From: an uncultured Acidimicrobiia bacterium
GTDB lineage: Bacteria; Actinomycetota; Acidimicrobiia; Spongiisociales; JAOTWH01
NCBI GenBank assembly: GCA_964347285.1
Contig: CAYFYE010000007.1
Location: forward strand, 1-50,308
Direction: 5' to 3'
DNA: 50,308 nucleotides
Shown: piece after piece, positions 8,898-18,022 of the stretch
Position numbering within the stretch: the first letter of the stretch is position 1
Layout of the letters: each line of letters starts with the position of its first letter
Position numbers and translations under genes: made by a program
Notes under the pieces: generated by a model
Seen by the model: the letters and a program-made list of their open reading frames with translations, nothing else
Told to the model about the DNA's origin: nothing
Databases searched by the model: none

Positions 8898-10256
8898 TCA
8901 GGTGTACTCGGTGGGGTCGACGTCGGGGACGCGGGCCCGACGCAGGAGCAGGTAGCCGGCGGCTCCGGCTGCGATCGTGGCCGCCAGGATCCCGATCTTG
9001 GCCAGATCGGTGATCGCCGGGTCGGCGAACGCCAGACCGGTGATGAACAGGGACACGGTGAAGCCGATGCCGGCCAGGGCGGCCAGGGCGACGATGTGGT
9101 CCCATCCGGTGCGCGCCGGAAGACGTCCCAGGCCGAGCCGGACTGCCAGCCAGGTGAAGAAGGTGATTCCGACGGTCTTGCCCACCAGTAGCCCGAGCGC
9201 CACGCCCAGGGTCACCGGGTGGGTTGCCGCCTCGACGAGATCGAGGCCGGCAAACCGGACCCCGGCGTTGGCCAGGGCGAAGATGGGAACGACGACGAAA
9301 GACGACCAGGGGTGGAGCGCCTCCTCCAGGCGGGTGAGCGGCGATACCGCCTCACGGGCCACGTTGGCCATGCTGAGCACCTCGTGGTCGACGTGCTCCC
9401 GGGCGACCACCGTCGACTCGTCGGGCGGGTAGGTCTCGATGATGGTCCGGGCGACGCGGTCGAACTCGGCACCCGAGTAGAAGGCGTGGGTCGGAGTGAG
9501 CCAGCCCAGGAGAACGCCGGCCAGGGTGGCGTGGACGCCTGATTCGAAGGTGGCGAACCAGACGAAGGATCCCACGATCCAGTAGAAGGCCATCGATCGC
9601 ACCTGGGACTGCTTGGCGGCGTAGACCACTCCGTAGGCCAGCACGGCGACCGCCAGCCAGCCCAGCGACAGGTCTTCGGTGTAGAAGACGGCGATGACGG
9701 CTATGGCCCCGATGTCGTCGGCAATGGCGAGCGCCAGCAGGAACAGCTTGGCTCCCGAGGGGACCCGCGACCCGAGCAGGGCGATGACGCCCAGGGCGAA
9801 GGCGATGTCCGTTGCCATCGGTATTCCCCAGCCCCGGGAGGCTTCGCCGGTCGGATTGAAAGAGAAGTAGATCAATGCCGGGACCGCCATGCCCCCGAGG
9901 GCGGCCAGCGCCGGGAGGGCGGCGACCTTTCGGTCGCGCAGATCGCCGAGCCGGACCTCCCGCTTGATTTCGAGGCCGACGACGAAGAAGAAGATCGTCA
10001 TCAGGGCGTCGTTGACCAACTCACGGAGGCTCTCCTGGATCTCGATCGGCCCGGCGACGAAGTCGATCTCGGTTTCCCAGAAGGTCTGGTAGCTGTCGCC
10101 GAACAGGCCCAGATTGGCCCACAGCAGCGCGGCTATGGCCGCCGCCAGCAGCACGATGCCCGACGACGCTTCCAACTCCATGAACCGGAGGGCCGGGCGC
10201 ATGAATCGGGTCGGTATCCATCGGTCTGACTCGAGCCAGGTCGGTCGCTGGGCCAT
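8898..10256 (-). CDS. nhaA: Na+/H+ antiporter NhaA
   Basis: VNDALMTIFFFVVGLEIKRE, GWGIPMATDIAF, LAIADDIGAI, SGVHATLAG, PIFALANAG, GIGFTVSLFI motifs. Confidence 0.96.
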   Translation of the reverse strand: MAQRPTWLESDRWIPTRFMRPALRFMELEASSGIVLLAAAIAALLWANLGLFGDSYQTFWETEIDFVAGPIEIQESLRELVNDALMTIFFFVVGLEIKREVRLGDLRDRKVAALPALAALGGMAVPALIYFSFNPTGEASRGWGIPMATDIAFALGVIALLGSRVPSGAKLFLLALAIADDIGAIAVIAVFYTEDLSLGWLAVAVLAYGVVYAAKQSQVRSMAFYWIVGSFVWFATFESGVHATLAGVLLGWLTPTHAFYSGAEFDRVARTIIETYPPDESTVVAREHVDHEVLSMANVAREAVSPLTRLEEALHPWSSFVVVPIFALANAGVRFAGLDLVEAATHPVTLGVALGLLVGKTVGITFFTWLAVRLGLGRLPARTGWDHIVALAALAGIGFTVSLFITGLAFADPAITDLAKIGILAATIAAGAAGYLLLRRARVPDVDPTEYT

Positions 10257-10452
10257 GGACGGTCAATCTACCCGGCGTCGGCTCGGAGCCTGCGAGGAGG
10301 CCCGGCAACATTCCGGGGCCCAAAGCGGTCGGACCCGATGCCTACCTGGTCGGTCCGGTGGCTCCGGCCCGGCCGCGCCGACGCACTGCCGTTCGCCCGC
10401 CGCACCCGAGCATGGGACGGCTACGCCCTCGGGTTGGTGAAGACGCTCCGGA

Positions 10453-11037
10453 TCAATCGGGCTCGCCGGTCACCAGCAGGGCCAGGACGCCGCCGGCAGC
10501 TCCCAGGCCCACCCCCCCGACCGCGTCGAGCGGGAAATGGGCGCCGACGTACACGCGCATCAAGGCCACCGCCGCAGCTACCCCGCCGAGCAGTGACCTG
10601 TGGGCGGGGAAGACTCGTCCACCCACCACCGCCAGGGCGGCGGCCACCGCCGAATGGCCCGACGGATAGCCCAGTCCCGACTGGGGGCGTCCCCGGACGT
10701 TCACCCCGTCGAGGTGGTCGGAGGGCCGGCCCCGGCCGATGAGGTGCTTGACGACCTTGCAGCCCAGCCACATCGTCCCGCCCCCGAGGGCCAGGGCCGC
10801 AGCAGTGGATCGGCGTCGGGCCGCCACGGCGATAGCCGACGAGGCGACTACGGCACCGAGGCTTCCGGCCTGCATCACGACCCAACCGGGGAGGTGGAGG
10901 GCCTCGGGCCAGCCGTTGACAGACCGGAACAGCCTCTCATCCAGAGGCCCCACCACTCCGTTAGCCGCCCGCCCCGCGCCGGCGGCAAATACAGCCGTTC
11001 CCGCCGCCGCCACGGCTCCTCGTAGCCGGCGACTCAC
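10453..11037 (-). CDS. PAP2-family phosphatase
   Basis: K..IGRGRP, YPSGH and RVYVGAHFPLD catalytic motifs; GTGA coupling to the upstream hydrolase. Confidence 0.88.
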   Translation of the reverse strand: MSRRLRGAVAAAGTAVFAAGAGRAANGVVGPLDERLFRSVNGWPEALHLPGWVVMQAGSLGAVVASSAIAVAARRRSTAAALALGGGTMWLGCKVVKHLIGRGRPSDHLDGVNVRGRPQSGLGYPSGHSAVAAALAVVGGRVFPAHRSLLGGVAAAVALMRVYVGAHFPLDAVGGVGLGAAGGVLALLVTGEPD

Positions 11038-11918
11038 CGGCCGGCGCGCCGCGGTAGGGAGTGTTCCCAGTCGGCGAGCAGGGTGCGCAGGGCGGCCACG
11101 AAGGCGAGCGGCTGGTCGAGGAACAGGTGGTGATGCGCCTCGGGGATGGTGATCACCGGAGCCTCGCGTCCCATCAGCTCGTACATGTATTCGGCGGTGT
11201 CGGCGGGGACGACCACGGAATGGTGGCCCCGGAACAGCGCCACCCGGATCTTCACGGCTGCCAGCTGCTCGTTGAGAGGAACCATGGTGTGGGTGAACAG
11301 GTTGGGGTCGAACTTCCACGTCCAGCCCTCGTTGGTCTCGATCAGCGAGTGGCGCCCGATGTGATCGAGGATGAAGTCGTTGTCACACGGCTGGGGCGGG
11401 ATGAGCCGGAAATGCGTCATCGCCTCGTCGAGGGTGGGGTAGACCCCCGGCGAGCGGAAGGCGGCTCCCCGGGCCCCCTCCTCGGATTCCGGGTCGGGGC
11501 GGCGCACCGGGGAGTCGACGATCACCGTCCCGGCCAGGGAGTCGCCGTGGGTGACGGCCGCTTGGATGGCTACCAGGCCGCCCAGGCTGTGCCCCACCAA
11601 AACGGGGGGCCCCGGGAAGTGGGCGTGCTCCGCCACCGCCATGATCTCCGCCGTCCATTGCCCGTACGAGTAGCGCGGGCGCCGGCCGCTGTCGCCGTGG
11701 CCCGACAGATCGAGGGCGACGACGTGGTAGCGGTGGGTGAAGAACGGGGCCACGAACCCCCACCAGTGGGCGTGGGCGGCCCCCCCGTGGATCAGCACCA
11801 GGCCCGGCATCCGTTCGGTCCCCCAGTCCATGTACCGAATCGGCGTTCCATCGACGTCGATGGTGCGCTCCGAAACGGCGGCATCGAGGGCGGTCTTGAA
11901 CCAGGCGGGAGCCTCCAT
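11034..11918 (-). CDS. Alpha/beta fold hydrolase
   Basis: LIHGG, DLSGHGDS, nucleophile elbow GHSLGG, HHH..LDQP. Alternative GTG start at 11924. Confidence 0.9.
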   Translation of the reverse strand: MEAPAWFKTALDAAVSERTIDVDGTPIRYMDWGTERMPGLVLIHGGAAHAHWWGFVAPFFTHRYHVVALDLSGHGDSGRRPRYSYGQWTAEIMAVAEHAHFPGPPVLVGHSLGGLVAIQAAVTHGDSLAGTVIVDSPVRRPDPESEEGARGAAFRSPGVYPTLDEAMTHFRLIPPQPCDNDFILDHIGRHSLIETNEGWTWKFDPNLFTHTMVPLNEQLAAVKIRVALFRGHHSVVVPADTAEYMYELMGREAPVITIPEAHHHLFLDQPLAFVAALRTLLADWEHSLPRRAGR

Positions 11919-12139
11919 GACCACAGGGTAGATAACGGTCGCGTTTGCCCGTCGTCCGGCCGGTCCTCGGGGCGAAGGGCCGCCCGGCCCGGGCGACCCG
12001 GCCGCCGGCCCCTGCCGGCGCCGCCCACGGCCTCCTACGGTTGGGCAGCAGTCGGAACGACGGTGTCACCGCGGCGGCGCGGTAGCCTGGTGGCCACGCG
12101 GCCCCGAGTGGGCCGGTGACCCCGCAGAAGGAGGGATCT

Positions 12140-12616
12140 GTGGCCGATCCGATGACCAGGCGCAAGTTCCTCGCCCGGACCACCGTTGCCATCGGAGCGG
12201 TCCTGACCGCCGGCCTCGCCGTTCCAGCCGTCGCTTACGTGCTCGGCACGGCCGGCCAGAGGGCCCGTACCCTGGAGTGGAAGCCTCTCGGGGCGGCCGG
12301 CAAGATCGAATTGGGCATCCCGACCCTCTTCAAGATCACCGTCGAGCGCACCGCCGGCTGGGTGACCCAGGAGGAGGAGATCTCGGTGTACGTGATCACC
12401 GAGAACGGTCGGGATTTCGTGGCCCTCTCCAACGTGTGCACCCATCTGAGCTGCCGGGTGCGCTGGGTCGACGATCAGCAGTCGTTCTTCTGTCCGTGCC
12501 ACAACGCCGTGTTCTCGAAGACGGGTGAGGTCGTGTCGGGTCCTCCGCCGCGACCGCTCGACCGGTTCGAGGTCAGGACTGAGGCGGGACAGGTCCAGGT
12601 GGCGGTGGAGGTTTGA
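12140..12616 (+). CDS. qcrA: Rieske [2Fe-2S] subunit of a menaquinol:cytochrome c reductase
   Basis: Tat motif TRRKFL plus TM; CTHLSC and CPCH boxes; GPPPRPL. GTG start behind GGAGGG. Confidence 0.92.
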   Translation: MADPMTRRKFLARTTVAIGAVLTAGLAVPAVAYVLGTAGQRARTLEWKPLGAAGKIELGIPTLFKITVERTAGWVTQEEEISVYVITENGRDFVALSNVCTHLSCRVRWVDDQQSFFCPCHNAVFSKTGEVVSGPPPRPLDRFEVRTEAGQVQVAVEV

Positions 12617-12617
12617 T

Positions 12618-13277
12618 GTGACTGAGGGGCCCGGAACCTGGCTGGAGGAACGGACGGGCGCCCGGACCGTCTGGGAGACGCTCTTTCTTCGCAACATCCC
12701 CAAGGTGAACTGGCTCTACACCCTGGGGAGCGCCACGCTATTCGTGGTGGTGAACCAGATCGTCACCGGGATCCTGCTCACCATCTACTACGTGCCCAGT
12801 CCCCAGGACGCCTACGACACCGTCAACTTCATCGACAGCAGCCTTCCGGCCGGATGGCTGATCCGGGGCATGCACCGCTGGGGCGCCACCGCCATGGTGG
12901 CCCTCGTGCTTCTCCACATGTTGCGGGTCCTGTACCACGGTGCTTACAAGTATCCCCGGGAGATCACCTGGATCACCGGCGTGATTCTGCTACTGATCAC
13001 CCTGGCCTTCGGATTCACCGGGTACCTGCTCCCGTGGGATCAGAAAGCCTTCTGGGCCACCACGGTGGGGACCAGCATCATGGATGCAGTTCCCGGTATC
13101 GGCGACTGGCTGTTGCGCGCCGCCCGCGGCGGAGAGGAGTTATCTGCCGTAACCCTGTCCCGGTTCTTCGGGATCCACGTGTGGATCCTTCCTGCCGCGC
13201 TGCTGGTCACGCTTGGTTTCCATCTCTACCTCGTGGTCAGGAACGGCATCACCGAGCCGCCCCGCAGGAAAGACTGA
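12618..13277 (+). CDS. qcrB: Cytochrome b, short b6-type (N-terminal half)
   Basis: TGILLTIYYVPS, GWLIRGMHRWGA, LHMLRV, FTGYLLPWDQ, RFFGIHV, FHLYLV; 219 aa. Confidence 0.92.
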   Translation: MTEGPGTWLEERTGARTVWETLFLRNIPKVNWLYTLGSATLFVVVNQIVTGILLTIYYVPSPQDAYDTVNFIDSSLPAGWLIRGMHRWGATAMVALVLLHMLRVLYHGAYKYPREITWITGVILLLITLAFGFTGYLLPWDQKAFWATTVGTSIMDAVPGIGDWLLRAARGGEELSAVTLSRFFGIHVWILPAALLVTLGFHLYLVVRNGITEPPRRKD

Positions 13278-13283
13278 TCTCCG

Positions 13284-15368
13284 ATGAAAGATGAGGAGAA
13301 GAGGGAGTACCTCGAGGAGTACCAGGAGGCCAAGAAACGGGGCATCCCGTTCTTCCCCGACGCGATCTTCAAGGATGCCGTTGTTGCCCTGCTGGTGTTC
13401 CTGGCACTGGTCGGTTTGGCCGCCTTCATCGGCTCCGAGCTCGACGAACCCGCCGATCCGGCCGCCGAGTTCGATCCCCGACCCGAGTGGTATTTCCTGT
13501 TCCTCTTCCAGCTGCTGAAGCACTTCCCGGGAAACCTGGAGTTCGTCGGCGCGGTCGTGCTTCCCACCGTGGTCATCATCCTCCTGTTCGCCCTGCCCTG
13601 GCTCGACCGCTCCAGGCGCCGCCATATCCTGGCCCGCCCCGTCGTGCTCGGAGTGAGCCTCTTCGTGATTGCCGGCGTCGTGCTGCTGAGCGTTCAGGCT
13701 CTGCTGGAGACCCCGCCTCCCTCCGGTGTCGAGGCGGCCGGCGATCCGGTGGCCGCCCTCTACACCGACAACTGCGCCGGTTGCCACGGGGGAGTGGTCA
13801 CCGTTCCCGAAGGCGTCGACCTGATCACAGTGATCACCACCGGCGGTCACGAGGGCATGCCCTCCTGGAGCGCCGACCTCTCGTCGGACGAGATCGACGC
13901 ACTGGCCGGCTTCATCCTTTCGCCGAGCGGCTTCGCCGTGTTCGAGTCGTCGTGCGCCGAGTGCCACGAGGTCGCCGACCTGAGCGCTGCCAGCCCATCC
14001 GACTTCCGGGCGGCCCTCCAGGAGGGCACCGACTTCGCCCCCCACGCCGGTGCCGGGACCCCCGATTTTGCCGCGGTCCTGTCGCCCCAGAGTCGCACCG
14101 CTCTGCTCAACTTCCTGGTCGCTCCCGACGGCCAGCGGCTCTTTGCCGTCAACTGCTCGTCGTGTCACGGGAGTGCGGTGGCCTGGACGGGGAGCCGAGA
14201 GGAGCTGCGCCAGGTCATCGAACAAGGAGGGCAGCACCTCGACATGCCGGCAATGGGGGCCATCCTCAGCGACACCGAGGTGGCCCAGCTGGCCGACTAC
14301 GTGGTGATGCCGACCGGTGCGACCGAGGGCAGCGCGCTGTTCGCCCGGCACTGCACGACGTGCCACGGTGGCCGGATCCCCACCGCCGAAACCCTGGAAG
14401 AGGCCACCGTCGCCATCACCCAGGGTGGAGGTCACGAGGACATGCCGGTGTGGGGAGAGATCCTGACCGAGGAACAACTCGACGCGCTCACCGATTACGC
14501 GCTCGAAGCGGCGCGGGGCACTCCGGTCATGGCCGGCCAGGAGCTGTACGCCGCCAACTGTGTGGTCTGTCATGGGGAATTCGGCGAGGGCGGACCTAAC
14601 CCGGCCAACCCCGCCCAGATCATTCCCCCGATCAGCACCGCCGGCTACCTGTCCACGCGCGATGACTTCACGCTGCGGGCCATCATTTCCCAGGGCCAGC
14701 CCGACTTCGGGATGTCTCCATTTGGCCTGGCCTTCGGCGGCTCTCTCGATGGGGAAGACGTCGACGCATTGGTGGCCTTCATCAGGTCGTGGCAGGACAA
14801 CCCGCCGGTGGAGCTGCCTCCCGAGGTCCAACGAGGACCTTTGGCGGGAACTCCGGCCGAGGTGTACGAGGAGTTCTGCGCCCAGTGCCATGGATTGGAG
14901 GGTGAAGGCGGAATTGGGCCGTCGTTCCAGGATCCCGCATTCCAGACGGGGATGAGCGACGCCGAGCTCGTCGAGACGATCGATCTCGGACATGCCGCCA
15001 CCGCCATGATCGCCTGGGGGGAGGTGCTCACCGACCCTCAGATCGAGGGCCTGGTCGAGTTCATCCGGCGGCTGGGGGGAATCGAAGGAGCCGAGGTCTC
15101 GTTCGCCAACGATGTGCTGCCGATCTTCGAGGCCGAGTGTGTGGTGTGCCATGGGGCGTCGGGGAACTGGGCCGCCGACAGCTACCAGGCGGTGATGGGG
15201 ACCGGCGATTCGGCCCCGGTGGTGATTCCCGGCGACCCGGATGAGAGCGTGCTCGTGCAACGGCTGGAGGGGACCGAAGGGGCGCTGATGCCCCCGGCCG
15301 GGAAGTGGCCGGACAGCCAGATCCAGCTCGTCCGGGACTGGATCGCCGCCGGCGCCCAGGACAACTGA
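13284..15368 (+). CDS. qcrC: Cytochrome b6 subunit IV (PEWY) fused to seven c-type cytochrome domains
   Basis: PFFPD, RPEWYFLF and three TM segments, then CAGCH, CAECH, CSSCH, CTTCH, CVVCH, CAQCH, CVVCH; the last domain is planctomycete cytochrome c-like. Confidence 0.88.
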   Translation: MKDEEKREYLEEYQEAKKRGIPFFPDAIFKDAVVALLVFLALVGLAAFIGSELDEPADPAAEFDPRPEWYFLFLFQLLKHFPGNLEFVGAVVLPTVVIILLFALPWLDRSRRRHILARPVVLGVSLFVIAGVVLLSVQALLETPPPSGVEAAGDPVAALYTDNCAGCHGGVVTVPEGVDLITVITTGGHEGMPSWSADLSSDEIDALAGFILSPSGFAVFESSCAECHEVADLSAASPSDFRAALQEGTDFAPHAGAGTPDFAAVLSPQSRTALLNFLVAPDGQRLFAVNCSSCHGSAVAWTGSREELRQVIEQGGQHLDMPAMGAILSDTEVAQLADYVVMPTGATEGSALFARHCTTCHGGRIPTAETLEEATVAITQGGGHEDMPVWGEILTEEQLDALTDYALEAARGTPVMAGQELYAANCVVCHGEFGEGGPNPANPAQIIPPISTAGYLSTRDDFTLRAIISQGQPDFGMSPFGLAFGGSLDGEDVDALVAFIRSWQDNPPVELPPEVQRGPLAGTPAEVYEEFCAQCHGLEGEGGIGPSFQDPAFQTGMSDAELVETIDLGHAATAMIAWGEVLTDPQIEGLVEFIRRLGGIEGAEVSFANDVLPIFEAECVVCHGASGNWAADSYQAVMGTGDSAPVVIPGDPDESVLVQRLEGTEGALMPPAGKWPDSQIQLVRDWIAAGAQDN

Positions 15369-15397
15369 CCCGCCACCCGCTCCCATCCGGCGGCCCG

Positions 15398-16276
15398 ATG
15401 GGTCGCCTGCCCGGGCCGGTGCAGGTCCCCACCAACGGCATCGAGCTGAGCGTCGTCGTCGAAGGTGAGGGCTACCCGGTGGTCCTCCTTCACGGGTTCC
15501 CGGAGCTGGCCTACTCCTGGCGGTTTCAGGTCCCGGCGCTGGCCGAGGCGGGCTTTCGAGTCATCGCCCCCGATCTGCGCGGCTACGGAGGCTCGGACAA
15601 GCCGCCCGACACCGAGGCCTATCGGCTGTCGGCCCTGGTCGCCGATGTGCTCGGCGTGCTCGACGCCCTCGAGGGGGAGCGGGCGGTGGTGGTGGGCCAC
15701 GACTGGGGCAGCATCATCGGCTGGAACCTGGCCCTGGCCCATGCCGACCGTGTCGAGCGCCTGGTGAGCCTCAACGTTCCCTACCGTGGGCATCCCGGCG
15801 GTTTCCCCAACACCACGTACATCCGGGAGCATCTGGCCGACCGGTTCGGCTACGTGCTCTTCTTTCAGGAGCCCGGCCCGGCGGAAGCCTGGTTCGCCCA
15901 GGATCTGGCGCTGCGGCTTAGAACGATCTACCAGGGGGTGGCCGCCGACCCCTCGTTCATGGGCGACGACGAGTTCGCCGTCTATCTGAACGCGTTTCGG
16001 GCCGGGGGTATGACCGGTCCGCTCAACTATTACCGCAACATAGACGCCAACTGGGCGGCCACCGAAGCGTCGGCCGGGTCGCCCGTCCGGGTTCCGGCCC
16101 TCATGGTCACGGCCGACTCGGATCCGGTGCTCCCGGCATCGCTCGCCGAGGGCATGGATCGCTGGGTTTCCGAGCTGCGGGTCGAGCACATCAGGCGCTG
16201 CGGGCACTGGACGCAGCAGGAACGGCCCGGTCCGGTGAATGAGGTTCTGTTGGACTACCTCGGAGATCTTCGCTAG
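15398..16276 (+). CDS. Epoxide hydrolase-like alpha/beta hydrolase
   Basis: LLHGFPE, PDLRGYG, GHDWG, LNYYR, GHWTQQE motifs. Confidence 0.9.
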   Translation: MGRLPGPVQVPTNGIELSVVVEGEGYPVVLLHGFPELAYSWRFQVPALAEAGFRVIAPDLRGYGGSDKPPDTEAYRLSALVADVLGVLDALEGERAVVVGHDWGSIIGWNLALAHADRVERLVSLNVPYRGHPGGFPNTTYIREHLADRFGYVLFFQEPGPAEAWFAQDLALRLRTIYQGVAADPSFMGDDEFAVYLNAFRAGGMTGPLNYYRNIDANWAATEASAGSPVRVPALMVTADSDPVLPASLAEGMDRWVSELRVEHIRRCGHWTQQERPGPVNEVLLDYLGDLR

Positions 16277-16315
16277 CAGGGCGCCCGGGCACCGCCCCGT
16301 CTGCCCGGCGGAGGG

Positions 16316-17905
16316 CTAGTAGCCCGATGTCGGGGTGTGGCACTGGGTGCACTTGATGGTCTTCCACACCTCGCCGATGTCCACCGGGTGTTCGAATTCC
16401 AGCCCGGCGATGTCGTCGTCGAGCTCCATCAGGTCGTCGGATGGGCCCTGGGCAACGATAGAGTGACAGCTCTCGCAGTCACTCGAGATCCGCTCGCCGG
16501 CCTCGTTCTCCAGCTCGGTGAAGTGGCACCGGAAGCATCCATCGTTGACGAAGTGGCTGAGATGGTTGACGCGGGCCCGATAGTCGGTCTTCATCTCGGG
16601 GAAGAAGTTTTGGTTGTAGATCCGCTGCAGGACGTCTCCCGCCTGCTCGACCTTGTCCCTCAGGACTTCCATCTCGTCGGGGTACTGCGTCGAGTAGAAC
16701 TCCACGAGCCCGGTCCGGATCGCTTCGTTTGCCTCTTCCCGGGTCTCGTACGAGTCGTTCAGCAGCTCGAGACCGACCTTGCGGATGAAGTGGAGATCCT
16801 TGGCGATGGTGCCTTTGGCCAGCTCCAGGTTCATCGCCGTGGCCGGTGGTTCGAACGTGTGGCTGGGACGGTTGTGGCAGTCCATGCAGTCGAACAGGCG
16901 GATCTCGGTGTCCCCGTCCTCGGGGTCGGGGATCTCGGCGTTGGGGTCCGCGTACACAGTCACGCTGCCGTCGCTCGGGTCGGTCACTCGGACCCAGGGG
17001 ATCACTTCCCGTTTCTCGTCCGTGGCGATGTACTCCACCTGGGCGCTGCTCAGCATGTGCCAGTGGATCCCCTCGAGCTTGCCGGTGCGGGGATTCCCGC
17101 CCCCGATGTTCATGAGGAGGCTGATCGTCCACGGCGAGTTGTCCTCGTCGGTCCGGTAGTAGCTGCGGTTGACCAGCTTCTGTCCGATGAATTGCTGCGG
17201 CCAATGGCAGCCCTCGCAGGTCGCCTGGGCGGGCCGGAGGGTTTCGACCGGAGTACCGATGGGCCGTTCGAAGCTGTTGGTGGCGGTGGCGTAAACCTGA
17301 CGGATGCCGTCGATCTTCGATTTGACCCAGAACGACCCGCCGGGACCGATGTGGCAGTCCACGCAGGGCACTCGGGCATGGGGTCCGTTGGCGTAGGTGA
17401 CGTTCTGCGGATCCATCACATGGCACGACTCGCCGCAAAAGCCGACCGAGTCGGTGGCCTCATATGCCTTGAACCCGCCCCAGGCCACGACGGCCACGAA
17501 GACGCCGCTGAGGCCGAGGAAGAACCACAGGTTGCGCATGTAGTGAGGGTCGGAGACCTCGATCCGTAACACGAAACGAACTCTCTCTCCGCGCCTTCGA
17601 GCCGCCCGGACCTGAAGCCATATGGCGACCAAGAAGAGAATCACTCCGATGGTGACCACGGCCGGGGCGGCGACGAAGGTCACCAGCGAGCGATAGGGGT
17701 TCTCGGACTTCGTGGCGATGTCGACGGCGGCGAGGACGACGAACGCGAATACGCCGGCGACGATCATGGCCCCGCCCACGGCCGCCAGCGGGTGGCGGTA
17801 CAGGGTCCTCGTTTCGAGTTCGCCGCCCGCGGGTTCCGGGCCGTTGCCCGAACTTGGGACCTCGTCCGGCTCCCGGTACTCCTCCGTGGGGCCTCTATCG
17901 CTCAG
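16316..17905 (-). CDS. NapC/NirT-related membrane heptaheme cytochrome c (ImcH-like quinol oxidase)
   Basis: Three N-terminal TM segments; CGESCHVM (CX3CH-x-M), CVDCH, CEGCH, CMDCH, CFRCH, CESCH, CTQCH; GIHWH. Start probably CTG 17905 behind GAGGT; nearest GTG is 17779. Confidence 0.8.
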   Translation of the reverse strand: MSDRGPTEEYREPDEVPSSGNGPEPAGGELETRTLYRHPLAAVGGAMIVAGVFAFVVLAAVDIATKSENPYRSLVTFVAAPAVVTIGVILFLVAIWLQVRAARRRGERVRFVLRIEVSDPHYMRNLWFFLGLSGVFVAVVAWGGFKAYEATDSVGFCGESCHVMDPQNVTYANGPHARVPCVDCHIGPGGSFWVKSKIDGIRQVYATATNSFERPIGTPVETLRPAQATCEGCHWPQQFIGQKLVNRSYYRTDEDNSPWTISLLMNIGGGNPRTGKLEGIHWHMLSSAQVEYIATDEKREVIPWVRVTDPSDGSVTVYADPNAEIPDPEDGDTEIRLFDCMDCHNRPSHTFEPPATAMNLELAKGTIAKDLHFIRKVGLELLNDSYETREEANEAIRTGLVEFYSTQYPDEMEVLRDKVEQAGDVLQRIYNQNFFPEMKTDYRARVNHLSHFVNDGCFRCHFTELENEAGERISSDCESCHSIVAQGPSDDLMELDDDIAGLEFEHPVDIGEVWKTIKCTQCHTPTSGY

Positions 17906-17954
17906 GGCGCACCTCGCTTTCGGTGCGAACGTAGGTGAGGCTCACCCTCGGGTC

Positions 17955-17974
17955 GTAGGGTCCAGAGTCCCAAG
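17955..17974. promoter_or_regulatory. DosR/DevR-like palindrome upstream of the ImcH-like gene
   Basis: GTA-GGGTC-CAGA-GTCCC-AAG; a weaker adjacent copy begins at 17977. Confidence 0.6.
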
Positions 17975-18022
17975 AGTAGGGGACGTTGGGCCGGGTTCCG
18001 CCGTGTGGACGACGGCGCCGGC

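Noticed and set aside
12088..12107. Possible DosR-like site upstream of the Rieske gene (TGGCC-ACGC-GGCCC)
   Set aside because: Mismatch in the GGG core and no TA flanks; too weak in a GC-rich context.
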